64,000 bases of DNA from positions 2,734,151 through 2,798,150 of the forward strand of contig MU054001.1 in NCBI GenBank assembly GCA_013239625.1, written 5' to 3'. This DNA comes from Lama guanicoe (Eukaryota). The translations under genes and the position numbers were made by a program. Shown piece after piece: positions 12,022-25,212 of the stretch. Under the pieces are notes generated by a model. It was not told the origin of the DNA, did not search any database, and worked only from the letters and a program-made list of their open reading frames with translations. Each line of letters begins with the position of its first letter. Positions within the stretch are counted from its first letter, which is position 1.

Positions 12022-12729
12022 CTCATAACTCATACTTGACACACTTCTGGGAAGCTCTGGCCAATGGCTTGTTCATACTGGGCTCTATACTAGAAATTTC
12101 CTCAATAGCCACTAGGGATGTCTTGGATTAAAGGTGATGAGCTTATCTACACATAAAGTTTAACCTTTTGCCATTTAAAATAAATAAATGCATACCTACT
12201 AACATTAATGTGTGTATGTACAACTGAGCACTAAGCATATCTGTGTAGGATTCTGAAACACAAAAATAATAATCCTTTAGAGTATTATAACCCAAGGGTT
12301 AGAGAAATAGAATAATAATATATACAATATATAATTTATGTAAAAACAATAATATATTAATTTTCAGTGCCCACTGAATAAGTCTACTGCTTTCTACCCC
12401 TAATGAAAATGATAAATCCTGTATTTTAACTCTGCCTTACAAAGATGATGGGAATTGAAAGCAGATATTCAAGGCTTAGAGGTCTCTCTGAACATCTTAG
12501 GGATCTAGATGTACCACAGCCCTCACTTCTGGATGCCACTTGATAGGATATGGTAAAGGACTCCACAGTTTCAAGCAGATCTTTTCTTTTTATATTCAGT
12601 TGTTCTCAAGGCAATTTTACTTTATAAAAAGTAGAAAGTAAAACCTTGTCTTTGGTGTTATACCACTTCTCATCTCAAGGCCCCCTTACCCCTCTAACAT
12701 CTACTTTGTTCAATTTTCTTTCAGTGACT

Positions 12730-13000
12730 CATAGGATCTCAGAGTTGGAGAGAAACTTAGAGTTATTGTAGGCAACTCTTAACTGGTTCTTAAATGATCT
12801 CTATAGCATCCTTGACAAGTAATGTGTTCATTTGCTACTTGGACACATCCAGCAATGGAAAATTCACCTGTCTCCATCCATTTAGCTTTGTTCTGACTGT
12901 AGGAATGTTTTTTCTTACATTCTGCTCATGTCATTTTCCCTTTCTGTGCCTTCAAACCTCTCTGTTCACTGGCCTTATGACAACTCTCTCCTTATTTTGC
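12730..13000 (-). mobile_element. CR1/L3 3' fragment
   Basis: cataggatctcagagttgga...ttggacacatccagcaatggaaaattcacc...ttctgactgtaggaatgttttt resembles reverse L3. Confidence 0.6.
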
Positions 13001-15899
13001 TAGCATTTCTACCAAGGTGCTAACTGATAATTTAAGCAAACTTTTACTTCCATAAGAACTATTCTATCAACAGGAAATTTTAGAGAAAAAAAATATAAAA
13101 TCTTATAAAATCCTTCAAAGAATAATTATAATGATGAAATTCTAAACTCTGGGTTATATAGAGAGACTCCTACCCATCACTCACATCTTGGAGAATGCTA
13201 CCTCACTCCTTTTTTGTCTCACAGTAGCACAAGAGGAAGCCGAAAGGGACACCTGGAATGTCCATGAGGCACGGAGGATCAAATACTGCATTAGAATTGA
13301 CAAACTTTACTATGATTGGGTCCTGGATAAGACATAACTTCCCTGATAGTCCTCTATATTCTCATCTGTATAATCAAGAGGTTCATTTCAACCTCAAAGG
13401 TGCCCTCCAGCAGCAAGGTAGATTTGGGTTACCTTATTATTTGACAGTGTACTAATTTAGATTTATGATTACAGAATTCCAGTCATACAAGTAGAACACT
13501 GATTTTGTACATTTGGATTAATTTAACTTCTGAAAACCATATGCTGTAGTACAGTTACTTGGAAAGTTGTGTTTCTTTAAAATCATGTCATCTCTTGGTA
13601 GATACTAATTTTCATTTCTGGTAAGTGCTAAACAATTTCAACCCATATTAGTATTTGCTTAAGTATCACAAGTGATCTCTCAGAGCGTTGTATGTGAGTA
13701 AAATGCATATGAATTACAGCAGTTTGCTTCTAAGCAGTCTGTAATATACTCAGATAGCACTTAGAAGTCTTTTTCTGCATCTTAGCTGTGTTAAAGCAGT
13801 AGAGATTAGAAACTAATTATGCATACATCGTAATACCAATATTTGTAATTAATATGATTTATAGTACACTAATAATAAACTGGGTTAAAATTTTAACAAA
13901 TTATATGAATAGTCATTAATGTGTTCCCTTTCTATTGCCTTATTCATTTTAGAAGTATATTAAATGATTTCTGATGTTTTAAAAAGCAGATTAAAGTCAT
14001 GTGTAGCCCAGATAAACCCAGTGAATCTGATTATTTAGCAGCAATGCAGATTACTCGTACAGATTCTCCTCAGCCCATTGTGATGCTGTGTATTTCAAGA
14101 GGTGAAAAGAACACTAAAAACAATTAATTTCAATGAATTGAATTCATCCATTAGGATAGAGACAGTCCTTCGGAACCACAATATGTGGTGGAATAGGAGG
14201 CTAATGAAGGTACATCTTGAGCCATGTTCTTTCCAGGAGGATACAAAGCAATGATGATGTGTAAATTCATATGTTAGTGGACAGAGTCACTTTTGAAATG
14301 ACATATTTTAGTCATACTAGTGACAGTATATGACACTAGTGTAATACAAAGGACACTATAGAATCCTTACTCCATTTTTAGAATATAAACATTCCCCCCT
14401 CCTCCCACCAGTGGATCCTGACAACTCCATGATTATTGATTTGCTCCTTGGTGTTATAGAAAGATCCAGGTTATATATACTTAGAAAGATGCTGGATTGT
14501 TTCTATGTGCTACACAATTAGTTGTGGAATGAATTGTTAATTTAATTAAGTAATTCTGTGGTGCCCTGATTATGATGTTCTAGATCAAGCCAGAATTATA
14601 GTTCTGCTCTATAATGACTTATTTCCTATTGCTTTGCCTTAATTCATGTTTGTTCTTATGCAAACGTGGACCACCTGTCTTGCATTCCTGCTTAATCAAA
14701 TCACAACCATTTCTTGTGGCTTCTAGGCTTTTTGGTTGCTCTAGAGGGAAGGATTCTCTCCTTTCTTAACCCTTGTAGCAACTTTGTGGCTGTTTGGCAT
14801 ATGTAATGATGTGGCATAGAGCTGACCATAATACATACCAGTATTTTCAGTGCTGAATTCAACAATGGCTTGTGAAGAATAGTAAATGAGATACATTGGA
14901 AACTAAATTTCTGATTCTTACAAATATTTTATTACAAAAAATAATACAATTTGCATATATTTGGAAGAAAATCAACTAGTATTAGGACTATTACCAAGGA
15001 AGGCTGCTCAAGTGCCAAGTAAGTTTGCCCAAGACTCCAGAACATTTCCCATAACATGAGAACAAATTATCAGCTTTTATTTAAGCATGCAAATAGGCAG
15101 CTCTTGTGAGTGGTGTGGTCAGATATTATCTTGTAGGGCCTACAAATAAGTTGAGGAAAATCTAGGTAGTATTAAAGACAGGAAGAAAAAAAAAAGAGGG
15201 CTTTTGATTTTATAAAGAATGTGAAAATTTAAGTGAGTATATAAGAATTTCTTGGGAACCCACTTCTGTGTCAGAACTGTGTGATGTTCACGTTGCTTGG
15301 CCCATGGGCCCTCTCCCTTTGCATCACTGTGAAGGATACTTACATGGCTGCAAAATAGGGGTGCTTGTGAGCTAGCTGAGATTGTAGGATCTGACAGGCA
15401 ATTGCTGTGAATAAGGTGCTCTCCTATTCCTTGTGACCACCCACAAAAAGGCAGACATGCTGAGGAGGGGATAGAGAGGATGTCGTCAACACCGTCTTAT
15501 GTGATTTATTATGTGCATACAAATAATAATGAAAAAAACAAAAAGCAGTATAATTATGACTCTTTATTGCACACTTAGTATGTTTTAGAGTTCTAGGAAA
15601 TCAAACCTCACTTTAAGAAAAATACTTCTTTCAGACATGAGGAAACGGAGGTTCTCATAGCTAATTTGTGGCAGAGTCAGGAGCTGTCCTTAGATCTGTC
15701 CTAGATCTCTCCTTGGTCTGTCCTGGATCTATCTATAGCTCTTGATCTGTTCCACTCAAAGGCCTCTTCACACTACATTGCCTGACTAGTCATGGAATTC
15801 CTGGAGACAGGGTCTTATTCTATGCATCTTGATGGCTGAGCACCAGCACATGCTATATAGTTGATTAAAATAATAACTGAAGGAGTGGTCTTCTTCCCC

Positions 15900-16690
15900 C
15901 ATACCTTTTATTATAAAATTTTTAAAGTATAAGGAATAACATAAGGAATACCTATCTAATAAGTTAGTCGTTCTCAAACAAGGATGATTTTGCCCCTCAG
16001 CAGGGGACAGTTTGGCTGTGTCTAGAGACATTTTTGATGGTCATGACAGGGGTAGTGGTACTGGCAACTAGTACGTAGAGGCCAGGGATGCTGCTAAACA
16101 CCGTGATGTGCACAGGAAAATCCTCCACAACAAAGAATTATCTGTCCCAAAACATCAGTGATGCCAAGGTTGGAAAAAGTAAATATATGGTTTAATAAAC
16201 CAAATATTTTGATGCCCTTTAGTATCCATTCTTGATTTCTCCTTACCTCTTAAAGTAGATGTCCCTAGGCATTCTTTTATATACTTACTGTAATGTATTT
16301 ACTACTGATATAAGTATCCATAAATAATACAATGGATTGTTTTAATATGATTCAGCGATTTGATTTTTTTTCACTTAAAATTATCTTTTTGAGATTTTTC
16401 CATTTTTAAATATATTTAAACATAGTTTATTAATTTAAATAGCAGAATAGTATTCTATTATATGAATATACCACAATTTATCCATTCACTTTTGAATATA
16501 TTTTTTAAATACAATGATTCAATTAACATCCTCTTACATGTGTGTACACCAAAGTTCCTCTAAGGTTTATGCAGAGAAATCAAATTTCTGGATTATATCA
16601 TGTGCATTTCCAGCAACAGTAAAATGAGTTTCCATTTCCTCATATCTTCTCTAGAGTGTGATATTGTCAACTGTAATTTTTATGAGAAAT
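15900..16690 (-). mobile_element. Old L1 (L1ME-like) 3' fragment interrupted by MER20
   Basis: gaatagtattctattatatgaatataccacaatttatccattc. Confidence 0.7.
15965..16177. mobile_element. MER20 (hAT-Charlie)
   Basis: gattttgcccctcag...gtctagagacatttttg...gtagaggccagggatgctgctaaaca...acaaagaattatctg. Confidence 0.9.
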
Positions 16691-16859
16691 TTCTTCTTTT
16701 ACATTGTAAAGTCTGCTGGGAGTCCTTAACACTTAATCTTAAAGGATTATCAGATTCTTTAACGTTTTATGTGGACAGTCATTAATATGTCCGATTTCTA
16801 GTGCCTTCTATTTATGTTTAGATGAAAAGTAAATGAATTAATGTAAGTGCCTTTTTCAC

Positions 16860-17620
16860 TAGGTTATATTGCCCCTTATGCAATTGCCAACTAAATATCC
16901 ATTCCTGAGGCTGAACGTCTGAGCTCAAGTAAAACATCCAGGGTATACCATGGACTCTTCATTTACCCTTGACCACACCCAGGCATCCCAACCTAAACTT
17001 TTTGAATTCATTTTCTTCTCTCTATCCTCACTGCCTAGTCCCTTAGACTGGGTCTTCATTTATTATGGAATTTCAACAACAAATCCTAACTGACCTTTTT
17101 GTCCCCAGTACTACTCTTCTCCAATCTGTTTTCCATACACAGTACAGAATAATCTTTCTAAAACTCAAAACTCTTCTCCTTTGAACCCTTTACTGGCTCT
17201 TCCCAATAAAATTCACCTTAGCGTGGCCTGGCACCTGCTTGCTACTCTAGCCCTCTCGATAACTATTTCCTCCACAATCTATTCTACAGTCCAATCAAAT
17301 GGAACTACCCACGTTCCCTCTCAAGCCAACCCTCCATGCTTCTGCTCTTACACATTCTACTCTCAGTGCTGTGATGTCCAAAGAGTAGATCTCTTCTTCA
17401 CTCGATGTCTTCCCTCACCCTTCCTTCCTCCCAGAGAGGGTGAATGTCTCTCTTTGTAGTCCCCTAACACTATGTTATACCCCACTGATCTACTCCATTG
17501 TTATTATTTCTTTCCATATCTGGTTTCCTCACTAGGACTTCAACTCCTTGAAAACAAGGCTCACTAATTTGCCTTCATTTCTCTGATTCCAAGAACAGAA
17601 GAGACATTCATTAAATGGAT
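16860..17620 (+). mobile_element. L2 3' fragment
   Basis: Pyrimidine-rich L2 body (ctccaatctgttttccatacac...aatctttcta; ctaggacttcaactccttga). Confidence 0.7.
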
Positions 17621-18379
17621 GGGGAATAATGGTGAAGGCCTTCTTAACTTTGAAGTATCTCACATCCCTCTAAGTCTGGACCCTGGGTTCAGAGTGCTGA
17701 CTTCCTCTTTGAAATCTCACATGAGAAGTCAGAAGATCTCCTCTGTAAGGAACCGTCCTGCCATGTTGATTTGCTCCAAATGTTCTACATATTTTAGATT
17801 CACCGTATTATGGAGTCTATTTCTCCTAAGTTATTTCCATTAGTTTTTAAAGCCAACATACATCTTAAAGGAAATATAAACCACATGTTGACATTCATTT
17901 ACACTTAACTATGATTTTTCTATAAAAAAGAAAAATGTACATTGATGTTCAAATGCCTTTGGGGCTTTTTAATAAATACAGCTTTCAAGTAGTTTTTCTT
18001 TCCATGGAATTATTATAAAGGAAAATGCCTTTGAATAATAGAAGGCTATGGCTCAATCCCAAACTCTAAGTAAGCGGTATTTTAGTAGTTTCCAAGCTTG
18101 GTTAAAGCCTTTATCCCAGAACCCTGAGCCACAAATTCTCCGTTGCATTTGCTTTCTTTAACTGACAGAGATAGAATCAGAGGGTATTGACCTTTTATTT
18201 ACCTTTGCATCTTTAAAGTTAATTTGTACGAGGAAAGCATTCTGTACTTGGAATCAGAACATCTGGGTTCTAGCCTTGACTCATGCTCAAGAGTGGCGTC
18301 TATATTCTACCTGCTTCATGACGTAGGAGGGAGCATCAAGTGACATGGATGTGAAAGTAAGTAGACACAGTTAAAAGCA

Positions 18380-19000
18380 CTACTCGTAGTCTGTTGGTGA
18401 CAGTGAATCGATGCAGCCTCTATAGAGGGAAGTTTGGCAATGCCTACAGGAATTTTAATAAATGTATAGGATCCCTGACTAAAAATGGCTGACTGCTCTA
18501 TACTTACCCTATGGATATACTCACAAAACTGTGTCAAAATACATGCTTAAGAATATTCATTGTACTAAAGTTTTCTATTAAAATTATGTAATTTAAATTA
18601 ACACATCAGGAGCTAGTTAAATAAATTAATGGAATACTAAATGATTGTTTAAAATATATATGTTTATATATATAAACATGCAGAGACAGAAAGAGCACCA
18701 AGATATAATACATGAAAGTAAAAGCTAGGGTATGCCAGTGTATATGGGATTGTCTCATGAATGAATAACAATATGGAAAAGGAAACAAAACAAAAAAAGG
18801 AAGGAGGAAATATATGTATCTTGTGAATCGGTACAGAGTACTTTTTATTGGTAGGCTATTTAAGAAAATGTGCAAGTGGTTGCCATTGGGGAAATCTTTT
18901 AATTTTCATCTTCAGCTATTACTACACTTGTATTTTCATGCCACGTGCACGTGTAGGCAATGAGTTTATGGTACATTTTTGCTTTCTTCTTCATTCTCTT
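18380..19000 (+). mobile_element. Old L1 (L1ME-like) 3' fragment followed by a degenerate (CA)n tract
   Basis: gagggaagtttggcaat...aagaatattcattg...ataaattaatggaatac...gtggttgccattgggg. Confidence 0.6.
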
Positions 19001-19109
19001 TACACACATATGCACACATACACACATTCATACACACACATACACACATTCACACACACACACAAGAATTTTAAATAATTTTTAAAGAAAAGCCAAAGGA
19101 TACAGTCCC

Positions 19110-19370
19110 TTAGCATAGTAATAAAAAGCCCAATCTTCAGAGCAGGTTTGAATGTGAATCCTCAGTCCCCATTCCAGTTCTATCATCTTGGGAAAATTAC
19201 TAGAAATCTCTAAATCTCAGTTTTACTTTATGAAATTGGGGGACAATAACCTACCTTTCAAGCCTATTATGAGATACATTTTATAATAAATAATGCATAA
19301 AGCTGAATATAACTTGCAAAATGGTAAAGGCTCATTAAGTTAGGTTTATAGTTATTGTCTTTGTTATTAT
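19110..19370 (+). mobile_element. MIR SINE
   Basis: tcttgggaaaattactagaaatctctaaatctcagtttt core. Confidence 0.7.
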
Positions 19371-20539
19371 CATTATTATTACAATAAGATAGCTAACACC
19401 TTTAAACCTCCTACCCCATTAATAAGGCTAGTTCAAGGCAATAAGGCAATTTAGTCCTCAGACTTGATTCAGGGCTAGCTTTAGGAAAAAGAAATGCGAG
19501 AGTGGGCTTCTGATAAAGTCTAGTTGTTTTAACCAAAAGGTTCAGACTGTTGGGGGAGGATAGTAGCAGATTTCATTTGAAATGTAGTCCCCCCCCATCT
19601 ACCACGCATGGCCCTTGGAATTCCCAGCTGAAGCTTGGCTTCTTAACCAGCTCACAGTATTGAGCTTTCCCATTTCCATAAGAAACTCCAGTTTCAGGTT
19701 CAGAATCTTGAATCCTTTGTCTCCAGCTTGGTGTCCTTCAGTGGATCCATGGTTTATTACATCCCGGGAACAGACTTTTCTAGAGTTTGAAAAAGTAAAG
19801 TGCACTCCTGACCCAAAACTATTTCTTGATTCTGAAAAGAAATTGTTCCTGGAAGTGCTTCAGGGGAACGATTTGGAGGAGCAGCTTTCCATTTTGACTT
19901 GAATTGCAAACTCACATTAAAAAACATTAAGGATAATAAACTGGAAATTCAATTACCAGGCTTGAAGCCAGAACACCGCACACTCGATTTGGATTTGCAT
20001 CTTAACTTATAGCTTGTTCTTGCCAATATTACTTACAATTCAGACCTTTGCTCATGGTATAAAAAGCACTTCGTGCACAGATGATTTCTCACCAAGTGCT
20101 TTCTGATGGACCTGCCCAAATGTCAATTTGCGTATGAGTTTAAATTAGGAGGAAATTTAAAATATTTCTCTCTCTTATTTTCATACTTTTATTACTGTAC
20201 TTTGAGAATCCATGGAATTACATGACAAGGGTTTCAAATTTCCATACAACGTTGAGTGTCTCCTCTTGGATACCAATCAAGATTTCTGTTCAGCTTACAA
20301 GACGCTTACGTTGAGATGTTGGACATCTGCCCTTATCAAAATGATTCCTAATATGGGGGTTGGGGAAACAATGAGGGGATTATTATAACCTTGCCAAAGA
20401 AAGCCGCTATACGGGTATGAATATTTGGCTTGCCTTGCTTTGTTAAATAATTCAGGTACCCAGATGAAGGCTTCCATGAACTGAATAAATGACCCTCAAG
20501 ATGGATCTTTCCAGTTCCTTTTTGAAGAGAGGCATGATT

Positions 20540-20800
20540 TAGCCATGAAGGGTGTAGGCAGTACCAGGTATGTTCACATTCCCTAGGTGCAAATCCCTGC
20601 TCGGTCATTTATCAGCCGTGTGAATATGGACAAGTTACTTAAACTTTTCATGCCTTGGTTATCTCACCTGTAAAACTGGGATGAAGATGAGAGTACCTAT
20701 CTTTTAGGGTTGTGTAAGCATAAAGAATTAGCAATGCATGTGAAGCTCTTAGAATAGTGCTTGGCAATAGTAAATACTCAGTAAGTATTAATTTTTATTA
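20540..20800 (+). mobile_element. MIR SINE, near full length
   Basis: caagttacttaaacttttcatgccttggttatctcacctgtaaaactggg...cttagaatagtgcttggcaatagtaaatactca. Confidence 0.85.
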
Positions 20801-21139
20801 TTCTGAGGTGGGACTCATTAAAGACTTACAAGGATAGTAGATTATTATGCTTGGTGTGGAGAAAACAGTGGTTTCTCTTTGGATGCCTCCCAGCATTTTT
20901 GGCTTCTATCTATAGCATTGAATCCCATCTTGGATGCACAGTGTTATCACCTGGTGTCAAAGTATAATTTTCAAAAGTTGAAGAGTTGACTCTCATATGA
21001 ATGTAAAGTGAGTTCTTGCCAAAGATTTATTTGAATCATTAAGAAAGAACCAGCAGGATATTTTCAAAGAGAATTAGAAAGACCAAATAGATATAAGTCC
21101 TGAAAAAATGCTGGAATAAGATACAAAACTGGTTAGTGT

Positions 21140-21245
21140 CCTATGGGGCAAAAAACTGCAATCTTAGAATTGGATAGGAATGATTAGCATCTCTACTGGG
21201 AAAAATGTATTTGCATTGTTATTGGACCAGAATCTACAGCATTGC
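21140..21245 (+). mobile_element. CR1/L3-like fragment, probably continuing near 21810-21900
   Basis: aaaaactgcaatcttag...tgcattgttattggaccagaatct resembles the L3 ORF2 3' region. Confidence 0.4.
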
Positions 21246-21259
21246 TATCAGACTTATAC

Positions 21260-21410
21260 AGCAGTGGCTATCAAACATGGGCAAGTGTCACAATCACCTG
21301 GGAACATAATAAAATTACACCCAAAACCTATTGTACTTTAGTAAGCCGGGACTCTTTTTTTTTTTAGCTTTCTAGGCAATTCTGTTATATACCAAGGTTT
21401 GAGAACCACT
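21260..21410. mobile_element. MER5-like MITE
   Basis: cagtggctatcaaac...aatcacctggg...ccaaggtttgagaaccact; terminal inverted ends. Confidence 0.7.
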
Positions 21411-22824
21411 TTACAAGGCAAGGTCTAGTCTTACAGTTTGGAATATCCTAGCCGACAGTAAATTAAATGAAGGTATATTACCCTAAAGAATTAGGTACTT
21501 TTTGGGTGGGCCTGTTAGACAATACTCCAGCATGACACTGAAAGGCTATATGGTTATATTTTTTGCTTATTTCCAAGTTTTGGATTGTTTTCCTTAATAC
21601 GAGGCAATAAAAAAACAAAAACAAACAGAAAAACACCTACGTATGTCTAAGTACCACTCCCAGCTTCTGATTAATTGACCTGAAGTGTGGCTTGGGAATC
21701 AAGGATTTAAAAACTCTGCAGGGTGATTCTCACGTTCAGACAAGGCTGAGAACCTTGTCTTTAAGGTTCTTTATGTTTCCCGTGTTTCTGGATGACATTC
21801 TACATTTTATGCAGTGTCAAGTGTTCAGTATTACGTTTTTACTTAGAGCACTGATAAATTAGATGAACACCGACCAATTTAGAATGGTAGGTATTGGGAT
21901 AAACACAGGTTTATCTGGCTAGCCATCAATAGAGGAGGACTCTTCCACAAGGGATGGCACTCTATTCTCAGTTTCAGAAAGACAGCAAAGAATTCTCCAG
22001 TTAATATTCCCTCATGTTACATTGTTCACACAGCTGTACCCAATTTATAGATCTCTTGGCCATAACTAAACCATCTCTTCTTTCCCACTTGTTCTAGGCA
22101 AGTTTTTCTTGTCAAACACATATATTCTTTTCTTTAGTCATTTGCAAAAATATTATTATTATGAGATGAAAGTCATCCTTTTTGGCTTTTATTTTACTCT
22201 CACAACCTCAGTGGCTGTTGGAACAACTCAGTTGTTTTCCACTCCAGGATTCCCATCTCTTCTCCTCAAGGTGGTGCTTCCAGTACGGTGTTGCTACTGT
22301 TGGTAAGTCAGGTGGGTGATTTATGAGGTGGGCCTCTCAGCTCTCATTCCCTCTTGATCTAGTTGAAGGGGCCATCCGTCTTTCCTTTTGGTTTGGCTTA
22401 TTTCATTCTTCCTCCCCTCCATGCTTTGGTTTGGACATTCTGTAACAGGGATGAAAATCATTGTCACTACTGTCACCAAAATTGTTTTGGGGGAGGAAGC
22501 TGCTTGAGGTGGAAAAATAACATAAATAAATGCTAGAGTGCAAGATGAGACTCTGAGAGCACAGGAGTTGGCTGGGACTTAGGCAAAATAAGAATAATGG
22601 CTGAACTTCTCTACCTGAGACAAAGCAAGATATTTGTTCTAGCTCCTGAGAAGAAAGAAGAGAGACTGGAAGGAGCAGAGAGAACAGAAAAGGTGATGGT
22701 AAAGACTGGGAAGCTAAATGAGCTGAAGGGTCAGTATAAAACCTCCGGTGCAGGAGGGATGCACGGACGTTTAAGAGAACAGGCTGGCTTTGTTTGCAGC
22801 TCTTGACTTGGCTTTGATATCCCC

Positions 22825-23125
22825 ACCTCCTTGCAACTGTGTTCGTCAAGTCTTTGGTAAAGTCTATTTCACACATGTGTGTCTAGGGCAAATAGTGTAC
22901 ATATGTCAATGATAAAAAAAAATGGCATGGGATTTTATGATTGGATCAAAACAGAGTTAAACTACATAGCCACCGTGAAAGCAAACTGTGATTATGGAAA
23001 TCTTGGAGAGGACTTCGAATATATGGAGGGTCTGAAATGGGATCAAGTAGTAGTATGTGTCCCACAGGTACGGTTATATTGAATTCACTCTTTCTACAAT
23101 GATTTAATGGAAGGATGAAGAATGT
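22825..23125 (+). mobile_element. Very ancient CR1-clade LINE reverse-transcriptase remnant
   Basis: Conceptual translation QVFGKV..H, DWIK, WDQVVVCVPQ and FYNDLMEG, in the order of CR1 RT motifs KAFDKVxH, WI, WxxVxSGVPQG and FINDLDEG. Confidence 0.4.
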
Positions 23126-23559
23126 ATACAGTGCAGGGTCTCAAAATCACTCAGGTGTGCCTCATCAAAGGGCTGAATATCCAGTCATGATGGTGAGAGA
23201 TATGTACGAAGAGCTAGACCTTAACACCAGGTAGAATTTAAGTGTCTTAAAAGTATAAACAAGAATGTTGGTTCAAAGTAAAACAGGATCTCTTCTGATT
23301 GAGGAAACAATCACAAGCCTCATGGAAAAGATGGTGTCTAAGGTAAACTTTGAAAAATGGACAGAATTTAGATATACAGAGGAATTAATTATAATAGTAA
23401 TTACATATATTTGATAGAGAAAATATATGCATGTAACTACCACTCCCATAAAGATGTACAACATATTTATTACCTTAGGAAGTTTCTCGTGCCTCTATCC
23501 AAGCAACGCCCCATGACCCTTCACTGCAGGCAACCACTGATCTGATGTCTCTCACCAGG

Positions 23560-23760
23560 AGTTAGGTATGCACATTGTGCTAAGTGCTCATTATCTCATT
23601 TGATCCTCACAATAGTCCTTTGATGTAAGTGACTGTCGCCACTGTACACATGAGGCAACAACTCAGTTTGGTAAGTAATTTGCTCCAAATCGCACAGCTA
23701 GAAAATAACAGGGCTAGAACTTGAACCCAAGGATACTTCCAAAGCCCAAACTCTTACCCA
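23560..23760 (-). mobile_element. MIR SINE
   Basis: ttatctcatttgatcctcacaat...gtaagtaatttgctccaaatcgcacagctag...cttgaaccca. Confidence 0.8.
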
Positions 23761-24699
23761 GTGCATATAGGGAATCACCTGAGCAAGAAGAGGGAAGTTG
23801 TAGGATGTGTATGGTCAGTAGGGAGTAGTTCGCAGTGTAAGGTGGATGAGGGCAAGTATAAGGAGATACAGCTAGAATTCTGTGGGTTTTATGGATCTCT
23901 TTTCCACCCAGAAGAGGGTTGTATGTAACTATAATCCTCCCATATTTTAGTAACTCAGAACCCCGAGCCTGAAGGTTTAAATCACCTTCTAAATGATTTT
24001 TCCATGTCAAGGAATGTCCTCTTTTATGAGGCAGAGGATAACTCCCAGGTGGCCCTGTGAAATATTAAGTGTTGACTTCATGGTATTTGCTGTTATTTAT
24101 ACATATGCATGTACACATTTGTACAGAAATAAATACACATTGTACACACGGGCATCTGTGCTGAAGTATGCAGCCAAGTGTCAGCACATTATCAGATTTA
24201 AATTAGCTGCCTGACTATTAATAGCCCTGGTTTTCCAGTTTCTAAAATAAAAGATCCCAGAACAGCTGGACTGAAATCTGAAGCAGAATGGAAGAATACA
24301 ACCCTGTAAGCAGTAGTAGTCTGTCTGTAATTGCTAAATAAAGTTTGTAGCTTCATAGATTGTGGAGGCGCCTGGAAAAGAACCCTTGAAGTGCTAAGTG
24401 CTTTTTAAAAAACAGCTTAATTTTCCCAGTGAAAGGGATAGATTATGCCTTATCAATCATGGAATTTTGAAAACCTCTCTGACATCCCATTAAAATTTGA
24501 AAGCAGAGCTGAATCCAGGAGCAGACGGGGTCACACGTTGGCCACATGGTTTAGCTGAAAGGGCGGCATGAAGACCTACCCACCAAGATGTGCCGCCCAC
24601 CAGTTTCTCATTTCTGGAATCCCACTATTAAATGTTTGGACTTTTAAAATGTGATGTCTTTCACAATCCAGTCAATCGCTTTTTTAGACTTGGCTCCTG

Positions 24700-25040
24700 C
24701 TGTCCCTTCCATTCCAGTCTATACCCCTTAGAACCATGTGTTTCTCCCTCACTGCTCCCTGAACGTACAGTATATTGTGCTTTGCTCTGCTGCTTAGTTC
24801 ATGCTGTTGGCTGAGCACACGCATCTTTCCTTCTTCTACCTTGAAAAATGCTACTCATTCTTCAAAGATCACCTCAAACAACCCCTCCCCATGAAATATA
24901 CCAAGACACTTTCCTGTCTCCCTATCCAGGCAGAATGAATCATCATGTCCTCCCTGCTGCTCCTACAGAAGTGTGTTCCTGATCTGGGGTGGAAAGTATC
25001 ATGTCCTTTTCCAGTGCTTGCCTCCTTGCTTGAGTGAGCT
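24700..25040 (+). mobile_element. L2 fragment
   Basis: ttagttcatgctgtt...ctactcattcttcaaagatcacctcaaa. Confidence 0.6.
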
Positions 25041-25044
25041 CCTA

Positions 25045-25212
25045 CCGCCTTGTGGCCTTACAGTGTGATCCTGGGACCCGCAGCACTAGTTTCACCTGGA
25101 AACTGGTTAGAAAATCAGGGTGTCAGACTCTATTCCAGATACACTGTATCAGAAACTCTTTGAACAACATCCTTAGGTGGACTCATATAAACATTAATAT
25201 TTGAGAATGGTG
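25045..25212. mobile_element. MER5-like MITE
   Basis: agtgtgatcctgggacccgcagcactagtttcacctggaaactggttagaaa...tttgagaa. Confidence 0.8.

Noticed and set aside
18942..18953. Tandem E-boxes cacgtgcacgtg
   Set aside because: Sits at an old L1 end near a degenerate CA tract, so probably derived from simple repeats; no other support.
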